From Deferribacterales bacterium UBA4806 (GTDB lineage Bacteria > Chrysiogenota > Deferribacteres > Deferribacterales > UBA228): a stretch of DNA of 64,000 nt. Under the pieces are notes generated by a model. It did not search any database and was not told the origin of the DNA. It was given only the letters and a program-made list of their open reading frames with translations. Made by a program: the position numbers and the translations under genes. Shown here one piece after another: positions 9,372 through 19,017 of the stretch. The stretch covers positions 5,154 to 69,153 of the forward strand of contig DHGE01000048.1 in the NCBI GenBank assembly GCA_002402635.1. The letters run 5' to 3'. How positions within the stretch are numbered: the first letter of the stretch is position 1; every line of letters starts with the position of its first letter.

Positions 9372-11605
9372 TAATTTTCTGTTACTTTATTTTTATCTGT
9401 AGCAAAAGGTTCAAATGTATATGGAACATTAACGGCACTTGTTATTTTATGTGTTTTTTGATCAACCTTATAATAAACTACACTGTTAGATAATGGATAA
9501 ACAGCAAAATCAATTTCATTAATAATTGATTCTAGAAAATTAATCCAAACTGGTAGTGCTGCTCTTGCGCCAGTCTCAAGTCTCCCTATTGAAGTGAAGT
9601 CGTCAAATCCAACCCAAGAACCTATAACTATGTTTGGTAAAAAACCAACAAACCAAGCATCTTTATATTCATTGGTAGAACCAGTTTTTCCACCTATGAA
9701 ACGTGGAATATGTTTAGCTTTTCTACCTGTACCATTTTCTACAGTATTAATTAAAGCATCTGTCATTATATGCGCGGTACTTTCTTTGATTGGTGTATAT
9801 GCTATTTTTGGTTCTTCTTCATATATTTTTTTACCCTTATTGTTTAAAATATATTTGACACATTTTGTTTCATAGATTTTTCCCATGTTCGGGAAAGCTG
9901 AAAATGCATATACCATCTCTTCTAATGTCGCTGAACCTGATCCAATGCTAACAGATAGATCTCTGTTTATAGGGGATTTTAGGCCAAAAGCTTTAGCGTA
10001 TCTTAAAATATTTGATATTCCAAGTTCATCAGCTAATTTTATAGTTACAACATTCCTTGATTTTGCAAGTGCTACTTTCAAAGTAGTAAAACCATAAAAT
10101 CTTTCTTCAAAATTTTCTGGTTTCCAGTATTCATCAATTGTTGATTTTTTTATTACAGGAGCATCAAATACTTGATAAGTTATATCAAAGCCCATATCAA
10201 TTGCGGCTGAATACACAATAGGCTTAAAAAGTGAGCCCACCTGTCTTACTGCCATAGTCGATCGATTGAACATTGATTTATTAAAATCAAATCCACCAAC
10301 CATAGCAAGTATTGACCCATCAACGGGGTTTATAGCTAGCAATGATCCTTCAATTTGAGGCTCTTGATATAAAAAATATCTGTTATTTTTATCACTGTAT
10401 ATAAGAATAATATCACCATTTTTTAGAATCACTCGAAAATCATCCAACTTTGATAAATTATCTCTAAAAGGTCTTGCCCAACTATTATCTCTTATGTCAA
10501 GCTTACCTTTAACTCCATCTATATCTATATCAACAAAATTTCTACTTACATTTTTCACTTCTGCAAAGTCAACACCATAGGCTTTCAAATATTTATACCG
10601 TTCTAATTTTTCAAAATATTTAACATCATCTATATTGGCAATAGGTCCTGAATAGCCTTGTCTCTTAGAAATAGCAAAAAGATTAATTCTATTCGATTTT
10701 TCAGCTGCAGATTGAATTCTACTATTCAATGTTGTATAAATTTGTAAACCACTATTCTTTATATCCTCAATCTCCAAAATCTTTTGTAAATGTTTTACAA
10801 CGTAATCAATGAAATATTCAGCCATTTTTACTCTTTGTGGTTTTTTCTTAAGGAATACTATAGGTTTTTCTATTGCCTTTCTATATTCTTCCTCTGATAG
10901 ATACCCTTCCTCATACATTCTCAATAAAGTGTAATTACGCCTTGTAATAGATCTTCCATAATCGATATGTGGAGCATAATAACTAGGAGCCTTAGGTAAT
11001 GATGCAATTAGTGCACATTCTTCTAAGTTTAAATCCCACACATTTTTACCAAAATAATTTTTTGCAGCCGATTGAACACCATAGGAACCTCTGCCCAAAT
11101 AAACCTGATTTAGATATATTTCTAATATTTTTTGCTTTGAAAGAAAACTATCTAACTTATAAGCTAAGATAGCTTCTTTTACTTTTCTTTTCAGTTTTTT
11201 TTCAGGAGTTAAATATATAACTTTTACTAGCTGTTGAGTTAATGTTGAACCACCTTCTACAATCTTGCCAGCTTTAATATTCGCAAAAAATGCCCTAATA
11301 ATGCTAATAAAATCTATTCCTTCATGTTCATAAAACCTGCTGTCTTCAACTGCTACAAGTGCGTTTATTAAATATTTTGGAATCTTATCAAATGTTACAG
11401 GATATCTTACCTCATCACCTAATTCTGCAATAACATTCTTCTCAGTATCATAAATAATAGTAGGTGTTTTATAGCTATAATCTTTTAATTCATCAACAGA
11501 AGGTAGTTCACTATTCAATCTATAAAGATAAACAGTCGATGTAAGCAATGTCAGTGATATTATTAGGATAGCTAAAAATAAGAAAATCTTTAAGATCTTT
11601 TTCAT
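9371..11605 (-). CDS. mrcA: Penicillin-binding protein 1A (bifunctional glycosyltransferase/transpeptidase)
   Basis: 744 aa with an N-terminal TM. GT51 motifs [12 protein letters not shown] and [11 protein letters not shown]. Transpeptidase motifs SLFK (SxxK), SRN and KTGS. Confidence 0.9.
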   Translation of the reverse strand: MKKILKIFLFLAILIISLTLLTSTVYLYRLNSELPSVDELKDYSYKTPTIIYDTEKNVIAELGDEVRYPVTFDKIPKYLINALVAVEDSRFYEHEGIDFISIIRAFFANIKAGKIVEGGSTLTQQLVKVIYLTPEKKLKRKVKEAILAYKLDSFLSKQKILEIYLNQVYLGRGSYGVQSAAKNYFGKNVWDLNLEECALIASLPKAPSYYAPHIDYGRSITRRNYTLLRMYEEGYLSEEEYRKAIEKPIVFLKKKPQRVKMAEYFIDYVVKHLQKILEIEDIKNSGLQIYTTLNSRIQSAAEKSNRINLFAISKRQGYSGPIANIDDVKYFEKLERYKYLKAYGVDFAEVKNVSRNFVDIDIDGVKGKLDIRDNSWARPFRDNLSKLDDFRVILKNGDIILIYSDKNNRYFLYQEPQIEGSLLAINPVDGSILAMVGGFDFNKSMFNRSTMAVRQVGSLFKPIVYSAAIDMGFDITYQVFDAPVIKKSTIDEYWKPENFEERFYGFTTLKVALAKSRNVVTIKLADELGISNILRYAKAFGLKSPINRDLSVSIGSGSATLEEMVYAFSAFPNMGKIYETKCVKYILNNKGKKIYEEEPKIAYTPIKESTAHIMTDALINTVENGTGRKAKHIPRFIGGKTGSTNEYKDAWFVGFLPNIVIGSWVGFDDFTSIGRLETGARAALPVWINFLESIINEIDFAVYPLSNSVVYYKVDQKTHKITSAVNVPYTFEPFATDKNKVTEN

Positions 11606-13587
11606 TTCACTTTTTCTGATTTATATTCAAAATAGAGGTCTCTTAATATTGCAGCTTTTTCAAATTCCATTTTTTTCGCAGCTTTATACATCTCTTTCTC
11701 TATCGTTTTTATATCTTTTTCCCTGATACCTGTCAAATTAATATCTACTGGAATTTCAGTTTCCACTGTAACATAATCTTTTTCAAATATACTTTCAAGT
11801 ATATTTGATATTTCACTTTTTATGCTTTCTGGAGTAATACCATGAATCTTATTATATTCTTCTTGTTTTTTTCTTCTTCTCTCTGTTTCCTTGCAAGCCT
11901 TTTTAATAGATTCTGTTATAACATCAGCATATAGTATAGCCTTTGCTTCTATATTTCGAGCTGCTCTTCCTATGGTTTGTATTAATGATTTTTCAGATCT
12001 CAAAAAGCCTTCCTTATCTGCGTCCAAAATAGCAACTAAACTAACTTCTGGCATATCTAGACCTTCTCTTAATAAGTTAACGCCAATAAGACAATCAAAT
12101 TTTCCAATTCTTAAATCTCTAATAATTTTAATTCTTTCAATTGTATCAATATCAGAATGTAAATATTCGACTTTTAAATTAAGTTCTTTAAAATACCTAG
12201 TTAACTCTTCTGCCATTCGCTTAGTAAGTGTTGTAACAAGAACACGATTCCCTTTTTTAGCAGTATTCTTTATTTCATTATACAAATCATCTACTTGTGT
12301 TTTTGCAGATCGTATTTCGATAATTGGATCCATTAGCCCAGTTGGTCTTATAAGCTGTTCAACTATCACTCCACTTGAATCGTTTATTTCAAAGTCAGCA
12401 GGGGTAGCTGAAACGTATAACACCTTATTTAATTTACAATTAAATTCTTCAAATTTTAATGGCCTGTTATCTAAGGCTGAAGGAAGTCTAAAACCGTATT
12501 CGACTAAAGTAGTTTTTCTTGATTTGTCACCAAAGTACATACCCTTGATCTGTGGTATAGTAATATGTGACTCATCAATTATAACCAGCGCATCTTTGGG
12601 CAAGTAGCTCATAAGTGTAGGAGGAGTTTCGCCAGGCTTTCTACCATCAAAATATCTAGAATAATTTTCTATGCCATTACAATAACCTGTTTCCTTAAGC
12701 ATTTCTATATCAAAAAAAGTGCGTTGTTTCAATCTTTGAGCTTCTAGTAATCTGTTATTTTTTTCTAATTCATATATTCTTAGCTCTAAATCTTTATTAA
12801 TGTTCTCTATTATATCTTCCATTGAGACATTAGCTGTAACATAATGTGTATTAGGGTATATTGCAACTTTTGGACGTTTCTTAATAGTTTTACCTGAATA
12901 GGGATTAAATTCAGCAATATTATCTATTTTGTCTCCAAAAAATTCTATTCTATACGCGATTTCCTCCTCATGTGAAGGGAAAATATCCAATGTATCTCCC
13001 TTAATTTTAAAGATACCTCTATGAAAATCGTAATCATTACGCTCGTAATTGATGGCTATAAGTTTCTCAATTATAATTTCCATCTCAATAGATTCATCAA
13101 TTTCCACGCTCACAAGTTTACCATAATATGCCTCAGGTGAACCTAATCCATAAATACATGAAACAGATGCAACAATTATAACATCCCTTCTTTCAAGTAA
13201 ACTTCTTGTTGCAGAATGTCTCATTTTATCAATATGGTCATTAATTGAGGAGTCCTTTTCTATGTAGCTATCAGTTTGTGGGACATATGCTTCTGGCTGG
13301 TAGTAATCGTAATAACTTACAAAATACTCAACAGCAGCATCTGGAAAAAAACGCTTAAATTCTCCAAACAATTGAGCTGCTAATGTCTTGTTATGAGCTA
13401 TCACTAAGGTTGGCACATTAAGCTCTTTAATAACGTTTGCCATGGTAAAGGTCTTACCTGAACCAGTAACACCCAATAAAACTTGTTTTTTTATATCATA
13501 TTTAAAATTATTTACAATTTCTTTTATAGCTTCTGGCTGATCTCCAGATGGTTTATACTCACTAATAAGTCTAAAAGCCATCGACAA
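11602..13587 (-). CDS. uvrB: Excinuclease ABC subunit B
   Basis: 661 aa. Walker [21 protein letters not shown] hairpin region, IIDESH box, helicase C-terminal motifs, and a C-terminal UVR-like helix pair. Confidence 0.97.
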   Translation of the reverse strand: MSMAFRLISEYKPSGDQPEAIKEIVNNFKYDIKKQVLLGVTGSGKTFTMANVIKELNVPTLVIAHNKTLAAQLFGEFKRFFPDAAVEYFVSYYDYYQPEAYVPQTDSYIEKDSSINDHIDKMRHSATRSLLERRDVIIVASVSCIYGLGSPEAYYGKLVSVEIDESIEMEIIIEKLIAINYERNDYDFHRGIFKIKGDTLDIFPSHEEEIAYRIEFFGDKIDNIAEFNPYSGKTIKKRPKVAIYPNTHYVTANVSMEDIIENINKDLELRIYELEKNNRLLEAQRLKQRTFFDIEMLKETGYCNGIENYSRYFDGRKPGETPPTLMSYLPKDALVIIDESHITIPQIKGMYFGDKSRKTTLVEYGFRLPSALDNRPLKFEEFNCKLNKVLYVSATPADFEINDSSGVIVEQLIRPTGLMDPIIEIRSAKTQVDDLYNEIKNTAKKGNRVLVTTLTKRMAEELTRYFKELNLKVEYLHSDIDTIERIKIIRDLRIGKFDCLIGVNLLREGLDMPEVSLVAILDADKEGFLRSEKSLIQTIGRAARNIEAKAILYADVITESIKKACKETERRRKKQEEYNKIHGITPESIKSEISNILESIFEKDYVTVETEIPVDINLTGIREKDIKTIEKEMYKAAKKMEFEKAAILRDLYFEYKSEKVK

Positions 13588-14356
13588 CCCTCTTATCTTT
13601 ATCCTCTAATATTATAAAGGAATCCTTATTTACATAACCAACAAGTGAAATATTATATTTAGATGCTAATTCTATAGCCATACTTGAAACAGCAGATATA
13701 GTTGCTACAACAGGAAATTTTGCTTTAATACATTTAAATATAATCCCACTTGTTATCTTACCTGTTGTAAAAACAATTCCATCACTTTGTAAAGTATTTA
13801 TAACTTTATACCCAATTAATTTATCTAAAGCATTATATCTATTTATATCTTCAAATACTGCATATTCATGTACATTTCTATAAAAAATATTGCTGTGAGT
13901 GCCACTCAGCAGAGGATAGATTTTAGACTTACTATAAATTTTTTCATATATATTAAGGATTCCCAATGCATCAATAGAAAAGTTTGAATTAATTACTTCA
14001 GCAGTATAATTTTTTCCTGAATAAGTGTTATAAGAATAATCGGCTGATAAATCAAAATTTGAAATATTTTGTTTTTTTTTATTTTTCAAATATATATGAA
14101 AATTATAATTATCACAAACTCTGCAATTTATGACATCTTCCCAAGAATCTATAAAAGAAGCGGTGTATAAAAATCCACATATAAATTCAATTTCATTAAC
14201 AGGAGTTAATGCAACAGTTGTAATCTTCTGTCCATTTATAAATATTTTATATTCTTTCTCTTTAATAATAGGTATTTTATCATCAATAAAATTATTTCCA
14301 CTATACTTAGAGCCATTAAATTCTTTTATTATTTTTCTTGAGAATTCTTTCTGCAT
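13571..14356 (-). CDS. fdhD: FdhD-family protein (formate dehydrogenase accessory sulfurtransferase homologue), atypical
   Basis: 261 aa. [22 protein letters not shown] (cf. TGCTHAAA) and [12 protein letters not shown] (cf. GRHNALDKL) fit FdhD. The expected CxxC loop appears as SYNTYSG (see findings). Confidence 0.65.
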   Translation of the reverse strand: MQKEFSRKIIKEFNGSKYSGNNFIDDKIPIIKEKEYKIFINGQKITTVALTPVNEIEFICGFLYTASFIDSWEDVINCRVCDNYNFHIYLKNKKKQNISNFDLSADYSYNTYSGKNYTAEVINSNFSIDALGILNIYEKIYSKSKIYPLLSGTHSNIFYRNVHEYAVFEDINRYNALDKLIGYKVINTLQSDGIVFTTGKITSGIIFKCIKAKFPVVATISAVSSMAIELASKYNISLVGYVNKDSFIILEDKDKRVVDGF

Positions 14357-14927
14357 TTTTATACTCTGTCCAATTATTTATATTAATAAAACTATACAGA
14401 CTAATGTTTGAATCAATAAAAAACTTTTCATCTAATTTTTTTACTCGTAAATCCTTAAAGGCATCAAGTATCTTATATACTCCCTTATTGTAATAATATT
14501 CGAGAGAATCTTTAACATTCCTTCTATATACACCAGTAAGTGTATAAATTTTACCATTTATTATTGGTAATATAATGTCTGTATTTTTATCCAAATTATC
14601 CAACAGTATCATTAATATAGACTTTTTTACAAATGGCATATCAGCAGATACAATAAATAACAATTCATCTGGAATATTTTCTAATGCTGTTATAATTCCT
14701 GCTAGAGGTGACTGTTCTTTATATTTATCAATAACTACGGGTATGCTTAAATGCTTGAATTTTTCATAATCCTTTGCAATAATATAAATATTTTTACTAT
14801 CTACAAATTCATCTATTATATATTGAATAATTGATTTACCATTTAATTTTATTAACGTTTTATCAGAACCAAATCTGACACTATTTCCTCCAGCTAGAAT
14901 TGCAATTGATGTTTTCGAAATATTCAT
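14316..14927 (-). CDS. mobA: Molybdenum cofactor guanylyltransferase
   Basis: 203 aa. N-terminal ILAGGNSVRFGSDKTLIKL and a later SADMPF block are typical of MobA. It overlaps fdhD by 41 nt. Confidence 0.8.
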   Translation of the reverse strand: MNISKTSIAILAGGNSVRFGSDKTLIKLNGKSIIQYIIDEFVDSKNIYIIAKDYEKFKHLSIPVVIDKYKEQSPLAGIITALENIPDELLFIVSADMPFVKKSILMILLDNLDKNTDIILPIINGKIYTLTGVYRRNVKDSLEYYYNKGVYKILDAFKDLRVKKLDEKFFIDSNISLYSFININNWTEYKNAERILKKNNKRI

Positions 14928-15301
14928 AATAGTAAAAACACAGAATTGTGTGTAATTTTAATTAAATACTGTAAATATATTCTTAAAAATACTTTTTTCA
15001 ATTTTAACATTTCAATCGATATCAATTGTAGCCTTAAGACCTCCTGCATTAGTATGTGTTTGATAAATCATGTCTCACCCTTTATACTCTTGTCCAGAGT
15101 TTTTAAGGATTTTCAATATTCTATTAAAATAATATCAACAGCAACAGTAAAGAATCCAGATTATAAACTATTCTATTCTAGCAATTTTGTGAAAAAAAAT
15201 TATACATAAAGTTTAGATAAAAAAATCAACATAGCTCACTACTATTGTTATTCCTTCCATTTTTTCCACAAAAACAATATTTTTAACTATATTTATAAGA
15301 T

Positions 15302-16201
15302 TCACGCATAGTCAATCATTTTCTCAATACAAAGAGCTGCTCCACCTAGTATTCCTGCCCTATTTTTAAGCTTAGCAATCTCTACTACTACTAAACCTTT
15401 ATAAGCAGGATATATTAAATCATTAAAATACTTCATTGTATCATCCATATACATATCCATCATTTCACATAAGCCACCACCTATTTTTATAATTTCAGGA
15501 GCAAATATATTTGCTACATTTGCAAGTCCATGTGCTAAATAGTAGGCAAATACTTTAAAAGCTTCTTTAGCTAATACGTTACCATCTTTAGCCAATTTAT
15601 AGATATCAATAGGTAGCAAATTATGTTCTTTTTCTATTATTTCCTTAAAATAGACCTGCAAACTCTTTGAATTACAGTATGCTTCGAAACAGCCTCGTTT
15701 GCCACAGCCACATTTCTTACCATCAACAACAATAGTAATATGTCCAAGTTCACAAGGAGAAATATTACCTCTAAATAGCTTTTTGTTAACAACAGCACCT
15801 CCTCCCACACCTGTCCCTAATGTAACAAGAGTCATGTTTTCATAGGGATTTTCATCACCAAACCTACATTCACCAAGAGCAGCCATATTTGCGTCATTTG
15901 CTAAAAAGCAATGAACATCAGAGAAAGTTTTAACATCATCCACTATAACTTTTCCAGTTAAATAAGGAATATTCGGAGTGTATAATATAGCACCTTTTCT
16001 CAAATCACAAACTCCTGGTACAGCTATTGCAGATGCACTGATATGGGGATGCTTTTTATATGTTTCTCCAAGTTTAACAAGAAAATTGTCATAATGCTTA
16101 GGAGTCTCATATGCTCCCTCCTCCATAATTTCACCAAATTCATTTATTATCCCCCATTTAACAAAAGTACCTCCAACATCAAAACTCAAAAATGTATACA
16201 T
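15302..16201 (-). CDS. glcK: ROK-family glucokinase
   Basis: 299 aa. N-terminal FDVGGTFVKWG ATPase motif, ROK signature region LANDANMAALGE, and the Zn motif CGCGKRGCFEAY. Confidence 0.75.
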   Translation of the reverse strand: MYTFLSFDVGGTFVKWGIINEFGEIMEEGAYETPKHYDNFLVKLGETYKKHPHISASAIAVPGVCDLRKGAILYTPNIPYLTGKVIVDDVKTFSDVHCFLANDANMAALGECRFGDENPYENMTLVTLGTGVGGGAVVNKKLFRGNISPCELGHITIVVDGKKCGCGKRGCFEAYCNSKSLQVYFKEIIEKEHNLLPIDIYKLAKDGNVLAKEAFKVFAYYLAHGLANVANIFAPEIIKIGGGLCEMMDMYMDDTMKYFNDLIYPAYKGLVVVEIAKLKNRAGILGGAALCIEKMIDYA

Positions 16202-17229
16202 TTGTTGCCTCCCATAAAATAATTCTCAAATTTAAATCTACAGCCAGGATCAATCCCAATAATTTTTTTCCACAATATAGCATCTTCCATACAAAAATAT
16301 ATAAATACATTTTTCCAATATTCTCTGATACATTTATAAATATATTCTAGCATGTAACTCCTTAATGGTTTGAAATATCTTAATTTTCCATCTAATGAAC
16401 AAATAAAATTTGAAGAAAGCAACTTTGTATTTGTAAAGCCTAATCTTATCATATCAGTAATTTCGGGCAAAAACCTTAAAGTCGATAAACTAATATATAA
16501 TACACTAGATTCCTTTAGGTCATCAATTACTTTTTTAATCAATAATTTATATTCTTCTTCAAAATTATCGCAAAAAATTAATGGATCAAAATGCAATGCA
16601 ATTTTATATCCATATTCAGAACATATTTTGGCAGCCTCCAATCTCTTATTTAATGAGGCAGTTTTATGTTCCTCTCGCTGAATGACATCATCAGGATTTA
16701 GACTCCAAGAAATTATTATATTTTTTGGATTAAGATATAATAAATTGTTTATACATCCAGATTTAGTCTTAAATTCAAATAAAATATTATCAAGTTTATT
16801 AACTTTGGGAATAATATAATTACTAATTTTTAGCAAATTATCTAAAGCTAAACTATCAGACATCTCACCTGTACTAACACGATATCTGCCTTTACAGTTT
16901 AACAATTCAAGGTTATTACTCAAGTCTTCAAGATTCTCATATACCTTGATATAGGGGTTTTTAATAAGAGCTTGCAATACACAATAGGTGCAGTCAAATG
17001 GGCAACCACTTACTAAATCAAAAACATGGTAGTTACAACATCTGTAATATTTAGTACCAGGACAAGGATGTATATCCTTCTGCGATGCTTTTGTTATATA
17101 TATGGTTTTTTTAATATTTGAATTTTCTACAAAATCTTTTTCATCATTAACAAATTGAAACTTACGCCCTAAAGCTTCAAGTTGCTTATGAAAATAGCCA
17201 TTTTTAGAATTAGTATTAATATATATCAT
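16186..17229 (-). CDS. Radical SAM protein of the spore-photoproduct-lyase (SplB/COG1533-like) family
   Basis: 347 aa. It has a radical SAM cluster motif GCPFDCTYCVLQ (Cx3Cx2C), and the size and layout resemble SPL-family proteins. The specific function is not inferable. Confidence 0.6.
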   Translation of the reverse strand: MIYINTNSKNGYFHKQLEALGRKFQFVNDEKDFVENSNIKKTIYITKASQKDIHPCPGTKYYRCCNYHVFDLVSGCPFDCTYCVLQALIKNPYIKVYENLEDLSNNLELLNCKGRYRVSTGEMSDSLALDNLLKISNYIIPKVNKLDNILFEFKTKSGCINNLLYLNPKNIIISWSLNPDDVIQREEHKTASLNKRLEAAKICSEYGYKIALHFDPLIFCDNFEEEYKLLIKKVIDDLKESSVLYISLSTLRFLPEITDMIRLGFTNTKLLSSNFICSLDGKLRYFKPLRSYMLEYIYKCIREYWKNVFIYFCMEDAILWKKIIGIDPGCRFKFENYFMGGNKCIHF

Positions 17230-18031
17230 ACTTCTTTAGGAAACTATAAAATTCATTTAACTGTTCTTTATTCTCAGTTAGTTTATTTAAAATATTTTTA
17301 TAATCAATATAATTTGATATTACAAATGAAAATGTTAATTGTGATGTTTCAAAATTATCTAAGTTTTCAACTTTGATAGGTGATAAAATTTTTTTTATTT
17401 CATTATATTTATCATAAAATAAATAATATTGTTTATTCTTTTTTTGAACTACCTTACTGATTTCATCAAAATTAAAATTTTTTAAGTCAATATAATCTTT
17501 ATAATCAATCAACAAATATAGGTACTTTCTAAACTCTGATATTGTCGGAGAAAATTCTTTAATATATTGTTCTAATATTTTTCCAATAATATCAAAATAT
17601 TTGGATATCAAAATTATAAATTTAAAAGATATTTTTTTAGAAACTATATATTTTTTAATCTCATATGGATAGACTCTGACTTTTCTTAATGCCTCAAGCA
17701 ATGTTTCTCCTTCCAAATTGTTATTATAAAAAAAGTCAATTTCACTGATATCAAGATTTAATAAATCTGTAATATATAATATATTTGATATTTCAATAAC
17801 ATTAATATTTTTTTTTTGGTTAATTGAAATGTTTAAAGCATCCAAATAATTTAATTCTCCAAGATATAAATACTCCTTAACTATTAGATTACACTTATTC
17901 AATTGATAATATTTTTTATTGATACTAGCTAGTAGTGGTGGATATATATTATTATCATTTATATCGGAATTATCGAAATACCAGTTAAAAAGTTCTCTAT
18001 CAGGGATCTCATTTATTTTTTTTAATTCCAT
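17216..18031 (-). CDS. Hypothetical protein (no family recognised)
   Basis: 271-aa ORF, co-directional, 3 nt after the ftsY stop and overlapping the next gene by 14 nt. It is Asn/Ile/Lys/Tyr-rich, with no TM segment and no motif I can name. Confidence 0.5.
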   Translation of the reverse strand: MELKKINEIPDRELFNWYFDNSDINDNNIYPPLLASINKKYYQLNKCNLIVKEYLYLGELNYLDALNISINQKKNINVIEISNILYITDLLNLDISEIDFFYNNNLEGETLLEALRKVRVYPYEIKKYIVSKKISFKFIILISKYFDIIGKILEQYIKEFSPTISEFRKYLYLLIDYKDYIDLKNFNFDEISKVVQKKNKQYYLFYDKYNEIKKILSPIKVENLDNFETSQLTFSFVISNYIDYKNILNKLTENKEQLNEFYSFLKKYDIY

Positions 18032-18034
18032 ATT

Positions 18035-18979
18035 TTATTTAATAATATTATTTATATATGTTTCTGCATTGAATGCTGCAAGATCATCGGCCTTTTCCCC
18101 AAGTCCAATAAATTTGATTGGAATATTAAGTTCATCAACAATACTTACAACTATTCCACCTTTAGCAGATCCATCTAGCTTTGTTAATACTATACCAGTA
18201 ATTCCAATTTCATTTTTAAATGAATAAGCTTGATTTAGCGCATTCTGCCCCATAGTCGCATCCAATACTAATAATATCTCATGCGGTGCATCATCAATAA
18301 GTTTTTTTGATGTATTTACTAATTTTTTTAATTCATTCATAAGGTTAACTTTTGTATGAAGTCTACCGGCAGTATCAGCTATTAACACGTCGACATTTCT
18401 TGCTTTGCAGTAATTAATTGCGTCATATAAAACTGCTGAAGGATCACTTCCATGTTGTTGTTTAACAACATGGACATTTAATCTATCTGCCCATATTTGT
18501 AATTGTTCTATAGCTGCAGCTCTAAAAGTATCACATGCAGCTATGGCGACTGAACTTTCATTATCAAGAAAAAATTTTGTTAATTTTGCTATAGTCGTTG
18601 TCTTACCAACACCATTTACTCCAACTACTAATACAATATATGGTCTATTATTTGTAGGTACTAAGGCATTATTAATATTTATTATCTTATAAATATTGTC
18701 TTTAATTAAAGCTTTCAATTCATTTAGATTCTTAATTTTTTCTTTTTTTAATGAATTTACAATTTTGAGTGTTGTATTTATTGATATATCTGAAGTTATT
18801 AATAGATCCTCTAGTTCTTCAAATGCTTCATTGTCTATATTACCTTTTTTAATTATATTATTAAATCCAATTATTAGTTTTGAAGAAGTATTACTGAGAC
18901 TTTTTTCAAGCTTTTCTTCTTTTAATTCTACATTATCTGACTTATCGGTACCTTTCTTAAAAATATTGAATAAACCCAT
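18035..18979 (-). CDS. ftsY: Signal recognition particle receptor FtsY
   Basis: 314 aa. NG domain motifs GVNGVGKTTTIAKL, DTAGRLH and LTKLDGSAKGG. Confidence 0.92.
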   Translation of the reverse strand: MGLFNIFKKGTDKSDNVELKEEKLEKSLSNTSSKLIIGFNNIIKKGNIDNEAFEELEDLLITSDISINTTLKIVNSLKKEKIKNLNELKALIKDNIYKIININNALVPTNNRPYIVLVVGVNGVGKTTTIAKLTKFFLDNESSVAIAACDTFRAAAIEQLQIWADRLNVHVVKQQHGSDPSAVLYDAINYCKARNVDVLIADTAGRLHTKVNLMNELKKLVNTSKKLIDDAPHEILLVLDATMGQNALNQAYSFKNEIGITGIVLTKLDGSAKGGIVVSIVDELNIPIKFIGLGEKADDLAAFNAETYINNIIK

Positions 18980-19017
18980 TATTTCTCCTAAATTAAAATT
19001 AATTACGTTATCTAAAA

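Noticed and set aside
11891-12607. 238-aa plus-strand ORF antisense to uvrB. Similar long antisense ORFs lie at 29384..30040 (218 aa, opposite rapZ), 51654..52160 (168 aa, opposite AOR), 43340..43807 (155 aa, opposite folP) and 19832..20278 (148 aa, opposite smc).
   Set aside because: Each lies entirely opposite a strongly supported conserved gene. Their products are Ser/Leu/Ile/Phe-rich with no motifs. Such shadow ORFs are expected on the strand opposite Lys/Asn/Glu-rich genes in AT-rich genomes.
13411-13427. TGGCAC hexamers (here, and at 40481..40486) that could mark sigma-54 promoters.
   Set aside because: Neither is followed by TTGC at the N5 spacing. Both lie inside coding sequence on the non-transcribed orientation relative to the local genes.
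14946-15209. 87-aa plus-strand ORF in the glcK-mobA intergenic gap.
   Set aside because: It has no SD, a Cys/Ile/Phe-rich low-complexity product and no recognisable motif. It runs against the orientation of all its neighbours. It is more likely a chance ORF in the non-coding gap.
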